Positions 23,970 through 37,110 of a DNA stretch of 64,000 bases are shown here, piece by piece (position 1 is the first letter of the stretch; each line of letters begins with the position of its first letter). The translations under genes and the position numbers were made by a program. The notes under the pieces were generated by a model. It searched no databases, was not told where the DNA came from, and saw only the letters and a program-made list of their open reading frames with translations. This DNA comes from Octopus sinensis (lineage: Eukaryota), in NCBI RefSeq assembly GCF_006345805.1, contig NC_043021.1:21824001-21888000 (forward strand), in the 5' to 3' direction.

Positions 23970-24363
23970 CTAGCAGTATTGCCCGGCGTTGCTCGGGTTT
24001 GTAAGGGAAATAACTATAAAGCATTTTTAGAGAGTTATAGCCAAAAAATAGCAAAAAATGCATTAAAAATGGAAAAAAAATTATGGTAAATTTTTTTTTA
24101 AATCGTTGACTCATCGTAGACATTTTTAGAGAGTTACTTCCCTTATATTAAAAAAATATGCATTAAAATGGAATAAAATGATGGTAAATTATTTTTAAAA
24201 ATCGTAGATTCATCGTAGACGCGCGCTAATACCCAGAAGGGCTCGATATGAATGATGACTATAAGATACCCGGTTTTGGTTAAACTGCACCGCAAAATGT
24301 GGGAGTAGTTAGGAATCTAAGTCGGAGCAGACAGACACACAACCTTTCTTTTATATATAAAGA
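23970..24363 (-). mobile_element. Helitron family A
   Basis: A|TC start at 24363, hairpin and CTAG|T end at 23970. Confidence 0.8.
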
Positions 24364-24489
24364 TAAACTATGCTTTTATTTATACTCCTATTATTTTAAG
24401 GAAATTAATTCTCCCAAAATACTAGGTATTGAACCAGTATTTCCTTGGATGAAAGCATCCCTTCATGAGGTTAACACAACCCCTAATCT

Positions 24490-25090
24490 AATATATATAT
24501 GTGTGTGTGTATTTAAAACGAGGATGAGAAATTGGATATTAATTTAATTAACATCAATTTAATAGCAGTGGTCTAGCATATTAAAATCTGAAAGTTCAGT
24601 AAATTGTATTATATACATATGAGAAGGATGACCACTATGTGGACAACCTTTATGCTAGAAGTAGATCTGCTATGGTCATACCACTAAGAAACGTTCTTGC
24701 ATATAATTCTACCTATTACATTTGGGGTTATATTTCAAAATTCTTCATTTTGGCATGCCAAAATACCAGAAATAATTCTGCAGAAAATAATTCTCTCAGT
24801 GAATTTTGCCAGTTAGAGAAAATGGTTATTTAAATTTAAATAACAAGGGTGAAAAATTGAATATTAATTTGATTAATATCAATTAAAACCAGTGACCTAG
24901 CATATTGAAAAAGACTGAAAATTCAGAAAAATTATATTACATACATATAAGAGGGGTGACCACTAGGTGGACATCCATTGTGCTAGATGTAGACCCCATA
25001 TGACGGTCACACTGATGAATTGCAGACATTTACATAAGTATTACATAAGTGGTAACAATGAAACCGGTTATGTGACTCAACTTTATATTT
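24490..25090 (+). mobile_element. Family F, two tandem units; the second ends in a hammerhead
   Basis: AAATTGAATATTAATTT..CAGTGGTCTAGCATAT..GATGACCACTA block at about 24520 and 24850. Confidence 0.6.
25006..25076 (+). ncRNA. Type I hammerhead ribozyme motif (1-nt register ambiguity in helix III)
   Basis: Helix I GTCACA/TGTGAC (6 bp); core CTGATGA 25012-25018; helix II base ATTG/CAAT; GAAACCGGTTA 25060-25070. Confidence 0.7.
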
Positions 25091-25187
25091 TGTATATTTT
25101 CATTTGTCTTACTCGTTTATGTTCTGGTGTTTGCTGAATTTTCTTGAGGACAATCTTTTCTTAGTGGTCAGACCAAATGAGGAACAG

Positions 25188-25227
<40 letters not shown>

Positions 25228-25296
25228 CATATACATATATTTATATATATATATATACACACACATATATGTGTGTATATATATGTATGTATATAT

Positions 25297-25336
<40 letters not shown>

Positions 25337-25363
25337 TACATACATATATATATGTATATATAT

Positions 25364-25414
<51 letters not shown>

Positions 25415-25420
25415 ATACAC

Positions 25421-25453
<33 letters not shown>

Positions 25454-25517
25454 TATATACACATACATATGTCTATATATATACATATATATATACACAC
25501 ATATATATATGTCTACA

Positions 25518-25568
<51 letters not shown>

Positions 25569-25824
25569 TATATATAAATGTATATATATAGAGAGAGGTA
25601 TATATATTATTTTATTCTTTTATATGTTTCAGCCTTGAGGTTGAGACCATGCTGGGGCACTGCCAATGTAATCACCTTTTAATTGGCCAATTCTTCCACC
25701 ACTTTCCTTCTCTCACAGTTCCTCTCTCAGTCTCCGTCTCACACACACGACCTAGCATGTATAGTAGTATGTACCATGGTGTCGCTGTTTTTGGTACCTA
25801 TACCAATACGAGCAGACTCTGATT

Positions 25825-25855
<31 letters not shown>

Positions 25856-25894
25856 TGACCCTCCCAACAACCCTGGTAACCCAATGCAACATTG

Positions 25895-26300
25895 AGGATG
25901 TGAAAGTTGGAGGGGAAAAACAGCTTGCAGGGTTGCATACAATTGTTGTAGGCTTCTACTTAAGTTCTGCTGAGTAGGGTGATTGGAGTGACATAAAAAC
26001 GAAGTGACTTGCTTAAGGATACAACTCACATCATCTGGTCCTGGAATCAAAAACACGACCTTATTCTCTCTGTACTCTCTTTTACTCTCTTTTACTCTCT
26101 TTTACTTGTTTCAGGCATTTGACTGCGGCCATGCTGGAGCACCGCCTTTAGTCGAGCAAATCCCTAACCCCGGGACTTATTCTTTGTAAGCCCAGTACTT
26201 ATTCTATCAGTCTCTTCTGCCGAACCACTAAGTCACGGGAATACAAACACACCAGCATTGGTTGTCAAGCAATGCCAGGGGGACAATCACAGACACACAA

Positions 26301-26341
<41 letters not shown>

Positions 26342-27150
26342 CATATATACGACAGGCTTCTTTCAGTTTCCGTCTACCAAATCCACTCACAAGGCATTGG
26401 TCGACCCGGTGCTATAGTAGAAGACACTTGCCCAAGATGCCACGCAGTGGGACTGAACCCGGAACCATGTGGTTGGTTAGCAAGCTACTTACCACACAGC
26501 CACTCCTGCACCTATGGTCATGGTCCCCAACATCCCTACCCACTAGGCCACTTACTCCCCTTATCAAGACTTTCGCAGAACTAAGCCAGAACAATAACAA
26601 AACTTATCATCATCATCATCATCATCATCATCTGTTTTCCAAGCTGGCACTGGCTTGATGGTAATTGTTGAAAGTTGGGGTGAAAAAGTGGTTGCATGCA
26701 ACAGCACTAGGCTTATGCTTACTTTCAGCTGAATAGGGTGACTGGGAGCAGCATGAGATGAAGTGACTTGCTTAAGGTCACAACCCACATCAACTTGTCC
26801 TGGAGGCGCACCCTCAGCCTTATGGTCATGATCTGCAATGTCCCCTAACCACTAGGCCTCTCACTTCCTTGATCAAGACTAACACAGAACTAAACTGCAG
26901 CATCAACAACAACAGGGCCCATAATTGTTGAGAGTTGAGTGGGGGGGGAGGTAGAAAAAGGGTTTGAAGGGTTGCATGCAACAGTACAAGGCCTCTACTT
27001 AATGTCAATCAAGTTAGGTGACTGGGAGCAACGTCACATCACACGGTCCTGGAATCAAAACACACAACCTTGTGGTCATAATCCCCAGCATTCCTATCCA
27101 CTGGGCCCCTCACTCCGTTATCAAGACCGCCACAGAACTAAATAGCAACA
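25895..27150 (-). repeat. About three tandem degenerate tRNA-headed SINE units; the first is split by S1
   Basis: GGGTTGCAT..GTGACTTGCTTAAGG..GGTCCTGGAATCAAAA..CCCACTAGGCC block recurs at about 25900, 26660 and 26920. Confidence 0.55.
26080..26513 (-). mobile_element. S1 SINE
   Basis: Full S1 head and tail. Confidence 0.9.
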
Positions 27151-27771
27151 ACAGCAATAACAATGCTTCGAATTGTTGCTGTCATGCTTTGTTTGATGAA
27201 GCATGTTATCGGAGTTTACAAGATGCTTCGTAAATGCAAACTCATCACCTTAGACAAACAGCAGGATCGTTAGCATTCATTATATTTTCCTGCTGTTTCA
27301 CAATTACATTTTAATTAATAATTCCATCTAATTAAGGCCTAAGCTCAGTGGCGAGCAGGGGAGGGGGAGATGGGAATTGGGTGGAACGGGTGGAGTGGAT
27401 TGGAGGTGAAGGGCGAAGGGACATTCGTTAGAGCAAATTAGTTCTTGACGACAGAACGCTTTGACCCTCGTCATCGCTAATGTCACTACTGCTCCCATGA
27501 TGACCATGACTATGATGACGATGATGATGATGAAGACCACCACCACCTCCACCATTGCCGCCACCACCAGCAACAAGAACAACAACATCTAGCATGGTTG
27601 TGATCATCGCCGTCATCTTCGTTACCACCACTACCATTAACGACAACAGCAGTAACACAATCATGATCATTTCCAACACCATCATTACCACCATTACCAC
27701 CACCACCACCACCACTAACAACAACAACAATGGTACTAGCACAATTGTGATTATCACCACCAATTTACTAC

Positions 27772-28340
27772 TTGACAACTGATGCTGGTGTGTTTATGTC
27801 CCCGTAACTAAGTGGTATGGCAAAAGAGACCAATAGAATAAGTACTAGGCTTACAAAGAATAAGTCCTGGGGTTGATTTGTTCAATTAAAGGCAGTGCTC
27901 CAGCATGGCCACAGTCAAACGACTGAAACTAATAAGATAATAAAAAGAATATTCATATTCCTTATATCTTTTACTTGTTTCAGTCATTAGAGTGGGGCCA
28001 TGCTGGAGCACTGCCTTGGAGAAAGCCCTGTACTTTCCTTTTTTTTTTAGCCTAGTATCTATTCCATCAGTCTCCTTTGCAGGACCGCTAAGTTTCAGGG
28101 ATGTAAACGAACCAACACTGGTTGTCAAGCAGTGGTAGGGGACAAACAGACACAAAGACAAACATACACATGCACACACACACACACTTATACACACACA
28201 CATACACACGACAGGCTTCTTTCAGTTTCTGTCTACCAACAAATCCACTCGCAAGGCTTTGGTAGAAGCTACTTGCTCAAGGTGCCATGCGCTGGAATTG
28301 AACCTGGAACCATGTTGTTGGGAAGCAAGCTTTTTACCGA
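27772..28340. mobile_element. Tail-to-tail S1 pair (27772-27945 +, 27960-28340 -)
   Basis: Two S1 tails facing each other. Confidence 0.8.
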
Positions 28341-29482
28341 ACATATACATTTATATATACATAAATATACACACACACACACACATATTATTCTTGTCTC
28401 TTCTTCTTTCTTTCTATGCTTCTCTCTTTCTTTCTCCATCCCACTCTCTCTCTCTCTCCTTCTCTTTCTCTTTGCTTTTCTCTCTCTCTCCTGCTGCACC
28501 CTTAACATACCCCTTGCCCACCTCTATATCATTCCTAAAACCCCCTTCATCTCGTTTCCGTTAAATGTGTTAAGTAGGGAAAGGAATTTTATCAATCAGA
28601 AAATTCTAACAATGGGGAAAAAGGGCAAAAAGAAAAAAAAAAAATTAAATTAAAAAAAAATTAAATTAAAAAAGAAAAATTTTAGTGTGTAGGAAAGTCA
28701 ATGGGCATTAAGGGGCATTAAGGGGGTAGTTTTGACATTGGAGGGTGAGGAACAGGTAGGTTGTTAGGGGGTAGGTGGAAAAGGATGCGGAGGAAGGGGA
28801 TGTTGGTACTGTTGTTGTTAACGATGATGATGATGATGATGATGATGACGACAGTGATAATGAGGAAGAGGTTGGGGTTTTGATGAAGATCCTGTCAAGG
28901 CAGGTTCTGAATCCTTATTGAAAGCTGGTATGTGTGTGTGTGTGTGTATGTGTTGGGAACGTAGGGCTTGCTATAAAAATATTTAACAGATAATCCCTAT
29001 GATTGTTTTAATCTTTCCCCTGTCAGTATTGATGGCATTTTTGACATTAGATTGATTCAGTCAGGTCCCAGAAAAAAAAGAAAAAAAAACAAAAAAAAAA
29101 GCTTATTAGCTCCACTCCTCCTTCTCCTCCTCACTTCAACCACATCTTGTCAAAACACTGGATGATGCACTTGGCATTCTGTGTTCAGATCCTGTTGCAG
29201 CCACTGTTACTTTGCGTCTCTTCCTGGGGTTGGTACAGAAAACTCTAGCCTAGACCAGTAGTGGACTTGCTAAGCTGTGAGAAGAGCAGACTGGATGTTT
29301 TGTGAGGAGGCCCTTAAGCATTTTGTCTGGTGTGCCAATTTTTTGGTGTCCTACTGCTACTCTAGCAGCTTTTAATACATTTTCTTCACTCTTACCTACA
29401 TTGGAGGCTGTGTTGGAAGCTATCAACATCTTCATCATCATCATTATTAAGAGAGAACACAGTGCATGCCATCATAGTGATA

Positions 29483-29900
29483 CAGGTGCAGGAGTGGCTG
29501 TGTGGTAAGTAGCTTGTTTACCAAGCACATGGTTCTGGGTTCAGTCCCACTGTGTGGCACCTTGGGCAAGTGTCTTCTACTATAGCCTCGGGCCGATCAA
29601 AGCCTTGTGAGTGGATTTGGTAGATGGAAACTGAAAGAAGCCCGTCGTATATATGTATATATATATATGCATGTGTGTGTTTGTGTGTCTGTGTTTGTCC
29701 CCCTGGCATTGCTTGACAACCGATGCTGGTGTGTTTATGTCCCCGTTACTTAGCGGTTCGGCAAAAGAGACCAATAGAATAAGTACTGGGCTTACAAAAG
29801 AATAAGTCTCGGGGTCGAGTTGCTCGATTAAAGGCGGTGCTCCAGCATGGCTGCAGTCAAATGACTGAAACAAGTAAATGAGTAAAAGAGAGAGAGAGTA
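29483..29900 (+). mobile_element. S1 SINE
   Basis: Full S1 head and tail. Confidence 0.9.
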
Positions 29901-30148
29901 AAGGGTACCAATATACAAAGCCCAATATATCCATCATGGTTACCCATCTGGTGAAGGTCCACCAGGCATATGCATGGTATTTCATCTGTCTTTACCTTCT
30001 AAGTTCGAATACCACTGAGGTCAACTTTGCCTCTTTCACCCCTCCCGGGTCGATAAAATAAACATAAAGTGAGTCACTGGAATCGATGTAGTTGACTCAG
30101 CCCCATCCCCAAAATTTGTGGCCTTGTGCCAAAGTTTGAAATTATTAC

Positions 30149-30182
<34 letters not shown>

Positions 30183-30202
30183 GTTTTTGTTGTTACTCTC
30201 TC

Positions 30203-30623
30203 TCTTTTTACTCTTTTACTTGTTTCAGTCATGTGACTGTGGCCATGCTGGAGCACCACCTTTAGTCGATCAAATCGACCCCAGGACTTACTCTGTGTGA
30301 GCCTAGTACTTATTCTATCGGTCTCTTTTTTGCCGAACCGCTAAGTTACGGGGACGTAAACACACCAGCATCGGTTGTCAAGCGATGTTGGGGGGACAAA
30401 CGCAGACACACAAACACACACACGCATATATATATATATATATATACATATATATATACGACGGGCTTCTTTCAGTTTCCGTCTACCAAGTCCACTCACA
30501 AGGCTTTGGTCAGCCCAAGGCTATAGTAGAAGACACTTACCCAAGATGCCACGCAGTGGGACTGAACCCGGAACCATGTGGTTGGTTAGCAAGCTACTTA
30601 CCACACAGCCACTCCTGCGCCTA
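30203..30623 (-). mobile_element. S1 SINE
   Basis: Full S1 head and tail. Confidence 0.9.
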
Positions 30624-30662
30624 TTGTTGTTGTTGTTATTATTATTATTATTCTTGTTATTA

Positions 30663-30711
<49 letters not shown>

Positions 30712-30863
30712 GAATAATTTGAATCAGACGCTTATTTCATCTGCTCTGACTTGACAGAAACAATCTGGTCAAGACGGTTAAAACCTCTCTCTCATATTGC
30801 AGCCATCTGACCATTCATCTCATAAATGTTGGATCAAATAAAAAAAAGTTAGTGACTTTCGAT

Positions 30864-31190
30864 CAGGAGTTCTCAACCATTTTTTCTAATCTATGGACCC
30901 CTTTTAATTACTATTTTATTCCGGTGGACCCCCAGAGTCATTCGATATTTGGAAACTAGTTTTATAGAATTTTCTTTCCAAATTCCTATTTTGTTTTTCC
31001 CTTGTGTAGGTTAAACTATGTAAAATGTTAAGGAAAAAAAACCTTGCTGTTTCTTGCAGTATATAGCAATACATACAAGGGAAATCTTTTCAGGGGCCCT
31101 TAAAATACTATTGGGGATCCCTAATTTACTGTTCTGTTGTGTGGATCCCGTCAAATTGTAAATGGACCCTGGTTTAGACAAATTTGTATG
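30864..31190. mobile_element. Degenerate hAT-type MITE
   Basis: Left end CAGGAGTTCTCAACC; right end only partly recognisable (GGACCCTGGTTTAGAC). Confidence 0.4.
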
Positions 31191-31227
31191 CCAGGGTGGT
31201 AGGGTGGCAGTAAGGAGTAAAGCAGAA

Positions 31228-31646
31228 TTGGGCGGCTGGCTAGCAGAAACATTAGCACGCCGGGCGAAATGCCAAGCGGTATTTCGTCTGCCATTACGTT
31301 CTGAGTTCAAATTCCGCCTAGGTCGACTTTGCTTTTCATCCTTTCGGGGTCAATATATTAAGTACCAGTTACACACTGGGGTCGATCTAATTGATTTAAT
31401 CCATTTGTCTGTCCTTGTTTGTCCTCTCTGTGTTTAGCCCCTTGTGGGTAGTAAAGAAATAGGCATTTCGTCTGCCGTTACGTTCTGAGTTCAAATTCTG
31501 CCAAGGTCGACTTTGCCTTTCATCCTTTCAGGGTCGATTAAATAAGTACCAGTTACGCAATGGGGTCGATATAATCGACTTAATCCATTTGTCTGTCCTT
31601 GTTTGTCCCCTCTGTGTTTAGCCCCTTGTGGGCAATAAGGAAATAG
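31228..31646 (+). mobile_element. S2 SINE plus tandem 5'-truncated second unit
   Basis: Junction AAGAAATAGGCATTTCGTCTGCC at about 31455-31475. Confidence 0.85.
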
Positions 31647-32578
31647 AATTGGGCTTTTTTTGGCGGGGTGGGACTTAACGTGTGGAAAAAAAAACAACAA
31701 AAAAAACCAAAACTTTTGTTTGTTTGTTTTTTGGACTGGTTCCAAAATGGTAGATTTTTTTCCCGTCTGCCCCACCTGTCCCTTCCTCACCACTCAAGGT
31801 ATGAGAATTTCTTCGAACTGAAGTCCTAAACTGAATAATTCTTGCTGATGCAGACAAACATCAATTTCTCTTAGACTTGGCTATATTTTTTTAATCTTTT
31901 TCTTCTTTTTTTTTTTTAATCCTGGATCAAATAAAAGCTTATCCTGGTAATCTTTAATCATACAGAGATGCTGCTGATTAGAGGAAGTCAATTTCAATTT
32001 CACATATCATAGAACAGCTGTTGTGTGTGTAGATGTACAACAGTTTGTGTTTGTCTTGAGTGCGTTTGTGTGAGTGAATGCTCCGTGTCAGTGCAGATGT
32101 ATTTTTCAAGTACTTAAAGAGATATATAAATATATACATATATATACACACATTTATATACACATATATAATATATATACATATATATATATAGATAGAT
32201 ACACACATACACGTGTGTATGTAAATATGTTTGTGTATATGCATGTACCTATATATATATACATGTACACAAGCTATCTATATATATGAGTGTATATGTA
32301 TAACATGTTTATATATGTATATATAACATATATATTTATTTATACATACATACATACATGTATACGTATGTATATTATGTGTATGCTTTTATGAATGAAT
32401 ATATATATATGTATGTGTGTCTGTGTATATATATATATATGAATATATATGTATAGATATGTGTGTGTGCATATATACATTTATAATTACATGTATATGT
32501 GCATATATAAATGTATATATATATGCATATATATACATACATATATATACATACACACACACATATTTATATATATAT

Positions 32579-32620
<42 letters not shown>

Positions 32621-32683
32621 GCATATATATATACATGCATATATATATATACACATATATACATATATAATATATATATATAT

Positions 32684-32715
<32 letters not shown>

Positions 32716-32893
32716 ATAATATATATGGAAGGCATGACATGTCATCAGATAATTTGGGCTCAGTAATCAGATCCACACAGAATTTCTTTATTAAACCAAT
32801 CATCATATCATGGAATGGGCTAAATTGCTGGGTTGAAGCAACGTTATTTTGTAATAAGCAATAGAGAAAGCGTAATTGGTATTTTTAAGCTTT

Positions 32894-32943
32894 GTAATAT
32901 ACATGTGTTTCTGTAGATTAGAGGTGTACATCTTCAGTATTCC
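32894..32943 (-). ncRNA. Type I hammerhead ribozyme motif, compact and fully canonical
   Basis: Helix I AATA/TATT; CTGAAGA 32937-32931; helix II TGTA/TACA; GAAA 32911-32908; helix III ACA-CA-TGT; GTA triplet ending at 32900. Confidence 0.8.
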
Positions 32944-33109
32944 AGCAAAAAATACAATATCATGTTTGGTGCCTTCCCTTGTGTATATAAATTATACATG
33001 CTAAGTCTAAAGAAAGTAGTACACCAGACTAGAGGTAGAGGTGATAGAAGGTGAGGTCGTAAAGGTGGTGAGCTGGCAGAAACGTTAGCACGCCGGCCGA
33101 AATACCATA

Positions 33110-33512
33110 CTCTCTTTTCTTTTACTCTCTTTTACTTGTTTCAGTCATTTGACTGCGGCCATGCTAGAGCACCGCCTTTAGTTGAGCAAATCGACCCCGG
33201 GACTTATTCTTTGTAAGCCTAGTACTTATTCTATCGGTCTCTTTTGCCGAACCGCTAAGTCATGGGGACGTAAACATACCAGCATCGGTTGTCAAGCAAT
33301 GCTAGAGGGACAAACACAGACACACAAACATATACACACACATACATATATATATATACATATATACGACAGGCTTCTTTCAGTTTCCATCTACCAAATC
33401 CACTCACAAGGCTTTGGTCGGCCCGAGGCTATAGCAGAAGACACTTTCCCAAGGTGCCACACAGTGGGACTGAACCCGGAACCATGTGGTTGGTTAGCAA
33501 GCTACTTACCAC
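33110..33512 (-). mobile_element. S1 SINE (truncates an S2 head at 33066-33105)
   Basis: Full S1 head and tail. Confidence 0.9.
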
Positions 33513-33559
33513 TCAATTATAGAGTTAGATTTATCAAGGTCTTCAGTGGAAAATCCTTT

Positions 33560-33888
33560 GAATTCTGACTTGCTGCTTGACAGAATGAAATTCGTGTCCA
33601 TATTTTTGTCAGAATTACAAATTTTCGAAACACAACAGGAACAAATTTGGAAAAAAAAATCTCCCAAAATTCACAGAATCAAAATAACATGTAGATCGTT
33701 GTACAAAACTGTAGCTGAACCATTTACAAGGTATAATCACGCGTTTTTACGAATGTACTAAGGAGATCTGCTCTGATATTCTCATTTAAATATGAATATG
33801 TGATTAAGGGCGGTTTCGGGTGGCTTGGTCACATGAACCAAAATTATTTTTCGGGCGGCTTTGGGCGGTTTGGTAATGAAAAGGTTAA
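33560..33888. mobile_element. Possible TTAA-ended (piggyBac-like) MITE remnant
   Basis: Ends GGGCGGTTTGGTAATGAAAAGGTTAA; the other end was not found. Confidence 0.3.
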
Positions 33889-34259
33889 GAAAGAATGCAT
33901 GACTTGCATTTCTATAGCATTCCTAGTTTAGCTTTCTTTAAATATATCTGACGTTTGTCTACATTCATTTCTTCATGTCTCTGTCGGTGTTCACTTTTCC
34001 TTATTTCCATTATATTTTCTTGCTGTTCCTCTCTGATCTCAGTTCTATATTTGTGCATTCTTTCTCGGGCAGCTCCCAATCATGTTTCTTGTGAATCCAG
34101 AGTTTAGGTTAAATTAACCTTTATAAGCAAATATCAATTTTTTTTTTAAGAGAGCAGATGATAAATAATTGCCCTTATGCATACGCAATGCTTGCCATAA
34201 CAAAAACTAGTTCGGTAAAAGAAAAATACTTTTCAATATCAACACACCCCACCACTGCT

Positions 34260-34783
34260 ATCTGTGTGCATGTGTGTGTGTGTGTGTCTCTCTCTCTCTT
34301 TCTACATATATATATCTATATATATATATTATATATATATAATATATATATATATAATGTATGTATGTATATATGTATGTATGTATAGTATATATATGAT
34401 GTATATATATATGTATGTATATATATATGTATGTATATATATATATGTATTGTATATATATATATGTTTGTATGTATGTATATATATGTTTGTATGTATA
34501 TATATATGTTTGTATGTATATATATGTATGTATGTATATATATATGTATATATATATATGTATGTATGTATATATATGTATATATATATATGTATGTATA
34601 TATATATATGTATTATATATATATATATGTATGTATATATATATACAGTATGTATGTATATATATATATGTATGTATGTATATATATATATGTATATATA
34701 TATATATGTATGTATATATATATGTAGGTATATATATATATGTATATATATATGTTATATATGTACGTATATATATATGTATG

Positions 34784-34814
<31 letters not shown>

Positions 34815-35240
34815 GTATGTATATATATATATATATGTAGTATATATATATATGTATGTATATATATATATGTATGTATATATATATGTATGTAATATAT
34901 ATATATATATATGTATGTATATATATATGTATGTATATATATATATGTATGTATATATTATATATGTATGTATATATATGTTTGTATGTATGTATATATA
35001 TGTTTGTATGTATATTATGTATATATATATATATGTATGTATGTATATATATGTATATATATATATGTATGTATATATATATGTTATATATATATATGTA
35101 TATATATATGTATGTATATATATATATATGTATATATATATATGTATGTATATATATATATGTATGTAATATATATATATATGTATGTATGTATATATAT
35201 GTATATATATATATGTATATGTATGTATGTATATAATATG

Positions 35241-35277
<37 letters not shown>

Positions 35278-35435
35278 GTATGTTATATATATATATGTTG
35301 TATATATATATATAATGTATATGTATATGTATGTATAATATGTATATATATATGTATGTATAGTATGTATATATGTATGTATAGTATATATATATATGTA
35401 TGTATGTATTGTATATATATATATATAATATATAT
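34260..35435. repeat. (TA)n/(TATG)n field
   Basis: Visible directly; source of the 411-aa poly-IY ORF. Confidence 0.95.
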
Positions 35436-35759
35436 CGTTTGATAACTGATGAAGAATTAGGGTTCTGGCGTCTGTCCTCTTTTCTTTCTCCACTCCTCTC
35501 TCTCTCTGTCTCTCTCTGTCTCTCTCTCACCCTTATTCCACCTTTCACTCAGTCCACCTCTTTAACTAATGTAATGACAGGTGAATGAACAAGCAGATTA
35601 TTAAACAGGTTCTCTCATACCTTTGAGATTTTGATGACGTGATTGTTTAACTTAAGAATGGCATTGTAGAGCAGAAATGAAATACTAGATTTGGATGCTT
35701 TGAATATAAAACTGGTAGATTATTTGGGTCTGGTGAGGCTGGTTTAAATGCTAAAGGGT

Positions 35760-36205
35760 TTATCACTCACCACCTGGAATAAAGCCATCTCCCTCAACAC
35801 CACCCTCAATTGAGGAATATAATCTTGTGTATTACTTGGCGACCACTTTAGTGCTAAAAAACGGGTAATGGTCACCTTTGGTCGTAAAGAACTATGGAAT
35901 TGCCCCTAGGAAGTTCCTCTCTTAGGCAGAAGTCCAGGCAAGGTTGCTTATTGAAGACCAGCAGTCACCCATGCATGCCAGCCTTCCTTCTTCGTACCAC
36001 CGATGTTATCCAAGGGAAAGGCAAAGGGGCCAATACAGCTTGGCACCTGTGACGTCGCAACTCATTTCTACAGCTGAGTGAACTGAAGCAACGTGAAATA
36101 AAGTGTCTTGCTCAAGAACTCAACACACAGCCTGGTCCAGGAATCGAACCCACTATCTCATGATTCCGAGCCTGATGCTCTAACCACTGAGCCATGCACC
36201 CTCAC
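35760..36205 (-). mobile_element. S3b tRNA-headed SINE
   Basis: Reverse complement of GCATGGCTCAGTGGTTAGAGC..GGTTCGATTCCTGGACC..CTTGAGCAAGACACTTTATTTCAC. Confidence 0.7.
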
Positions 36206-36276
36206 TGTGCCTTAGAGGGGAACTTTCTAGGTGCAATCCTGTAGTCATCCATGGCCGGTTCCATGACAAAAGCATA

Positions 36277-36507
36277 AGGTGGCGAGATGGCAGAAACGTT
36301 AGCACGCCAGGCAAAATGCATAAAGGTAATTCGTCTGCTGCTACGTTCTGAGTTCAAATTTTGCCGAGGTCGACTTTGCCTTTCATTCTTTCGGAGTCAA
36401 TTAAATAAGTACCAGTTATGCACTGGTGTCGATATAATCGACTTAATCCGTTTGTCTGTCCTTGTTTGTCCCCTCTGTGTTTAGCCCCTTGTGGGTAGTA
36501 AAGGAAT
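36277..36507 (+). mobile_element. S2 SINE
   Basis: Full S2. Confidence 0.85.
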
Positions 36508-36509
36508 AG

Positions 36510-36698
36510 GTTCCATGACAAAAGCATTCAGTACACTCTTAAAGTTGTTGGTGTCAGGAAGAGCATCCTGCAATAGAAACCATGCCAAAGCAGACACTAG
36601 GCTTAGCACAGTCCCCTGGCTCACCAGCTCCTGTTTGAACTGTCCAACCCATGCCAGCATGGAAAAACAGAGTTTAAATGATAATGATAATGATGACC
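36510..36698 (+). mobile_element. S4 SINE, 3' part
   Basis: GTCCAACCCATGCCAGCATGGAAA..AAATGATAATGAT. Confidence 0.65.
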
Positions 36699-36699
36699 A

Positions 36700-37110
36700 T
36701 GCGTAGGAGTGGCTGTGTGGTAAGTAGCTTGCTTACGAACCACATGGTTCCGGGTTCAGTCCCACTGCGTGGCACCTTGGGCAAATGTCTTCTACTATAG
36801 CCTCGGACCGACCAAAGCCTTGTGAGTGGATTTGGTAAACGGAAACTGAAAGAAGCCCATCGTATATATATGTATATATATATGTGTGTGTGTGTTTGTG
36901 TGTCTGTGTTTGTCCTAGCATTGCTTGACAACCGATGCTGGTGTGTTTATGTCCCCGTTACTTAGCGGTTCGGAAAAAAAGAGACCGATAAAATAAGTAC
37001 TAGGCTTACAAAGAATAAGTCCTGGGGTCGATTTGATCGACTAAAGGCGGTGCTCCAGCATGGCCACAGTCACATGACTGAAACAAGTAAAAGAGTAAAA
37101 AGAGTAAAGA
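36700..37110 (+). mobile_element. S1 SINE
   Basis: Full S1 head and tail. Confidence 0.9.

Noticed and set aside
27198-27229. GAAGCAT/ATGCTTC hairpin as a miRNA precursor
   Set aside because: Only 7 contiguous pairs, and no miRNA I recognise.
31790-31806. Splice-donor-like AAG|GTATGAG
   Set aside because: No upstream acceptor or coding frame; the upstream sequence is SINE and low complexity.
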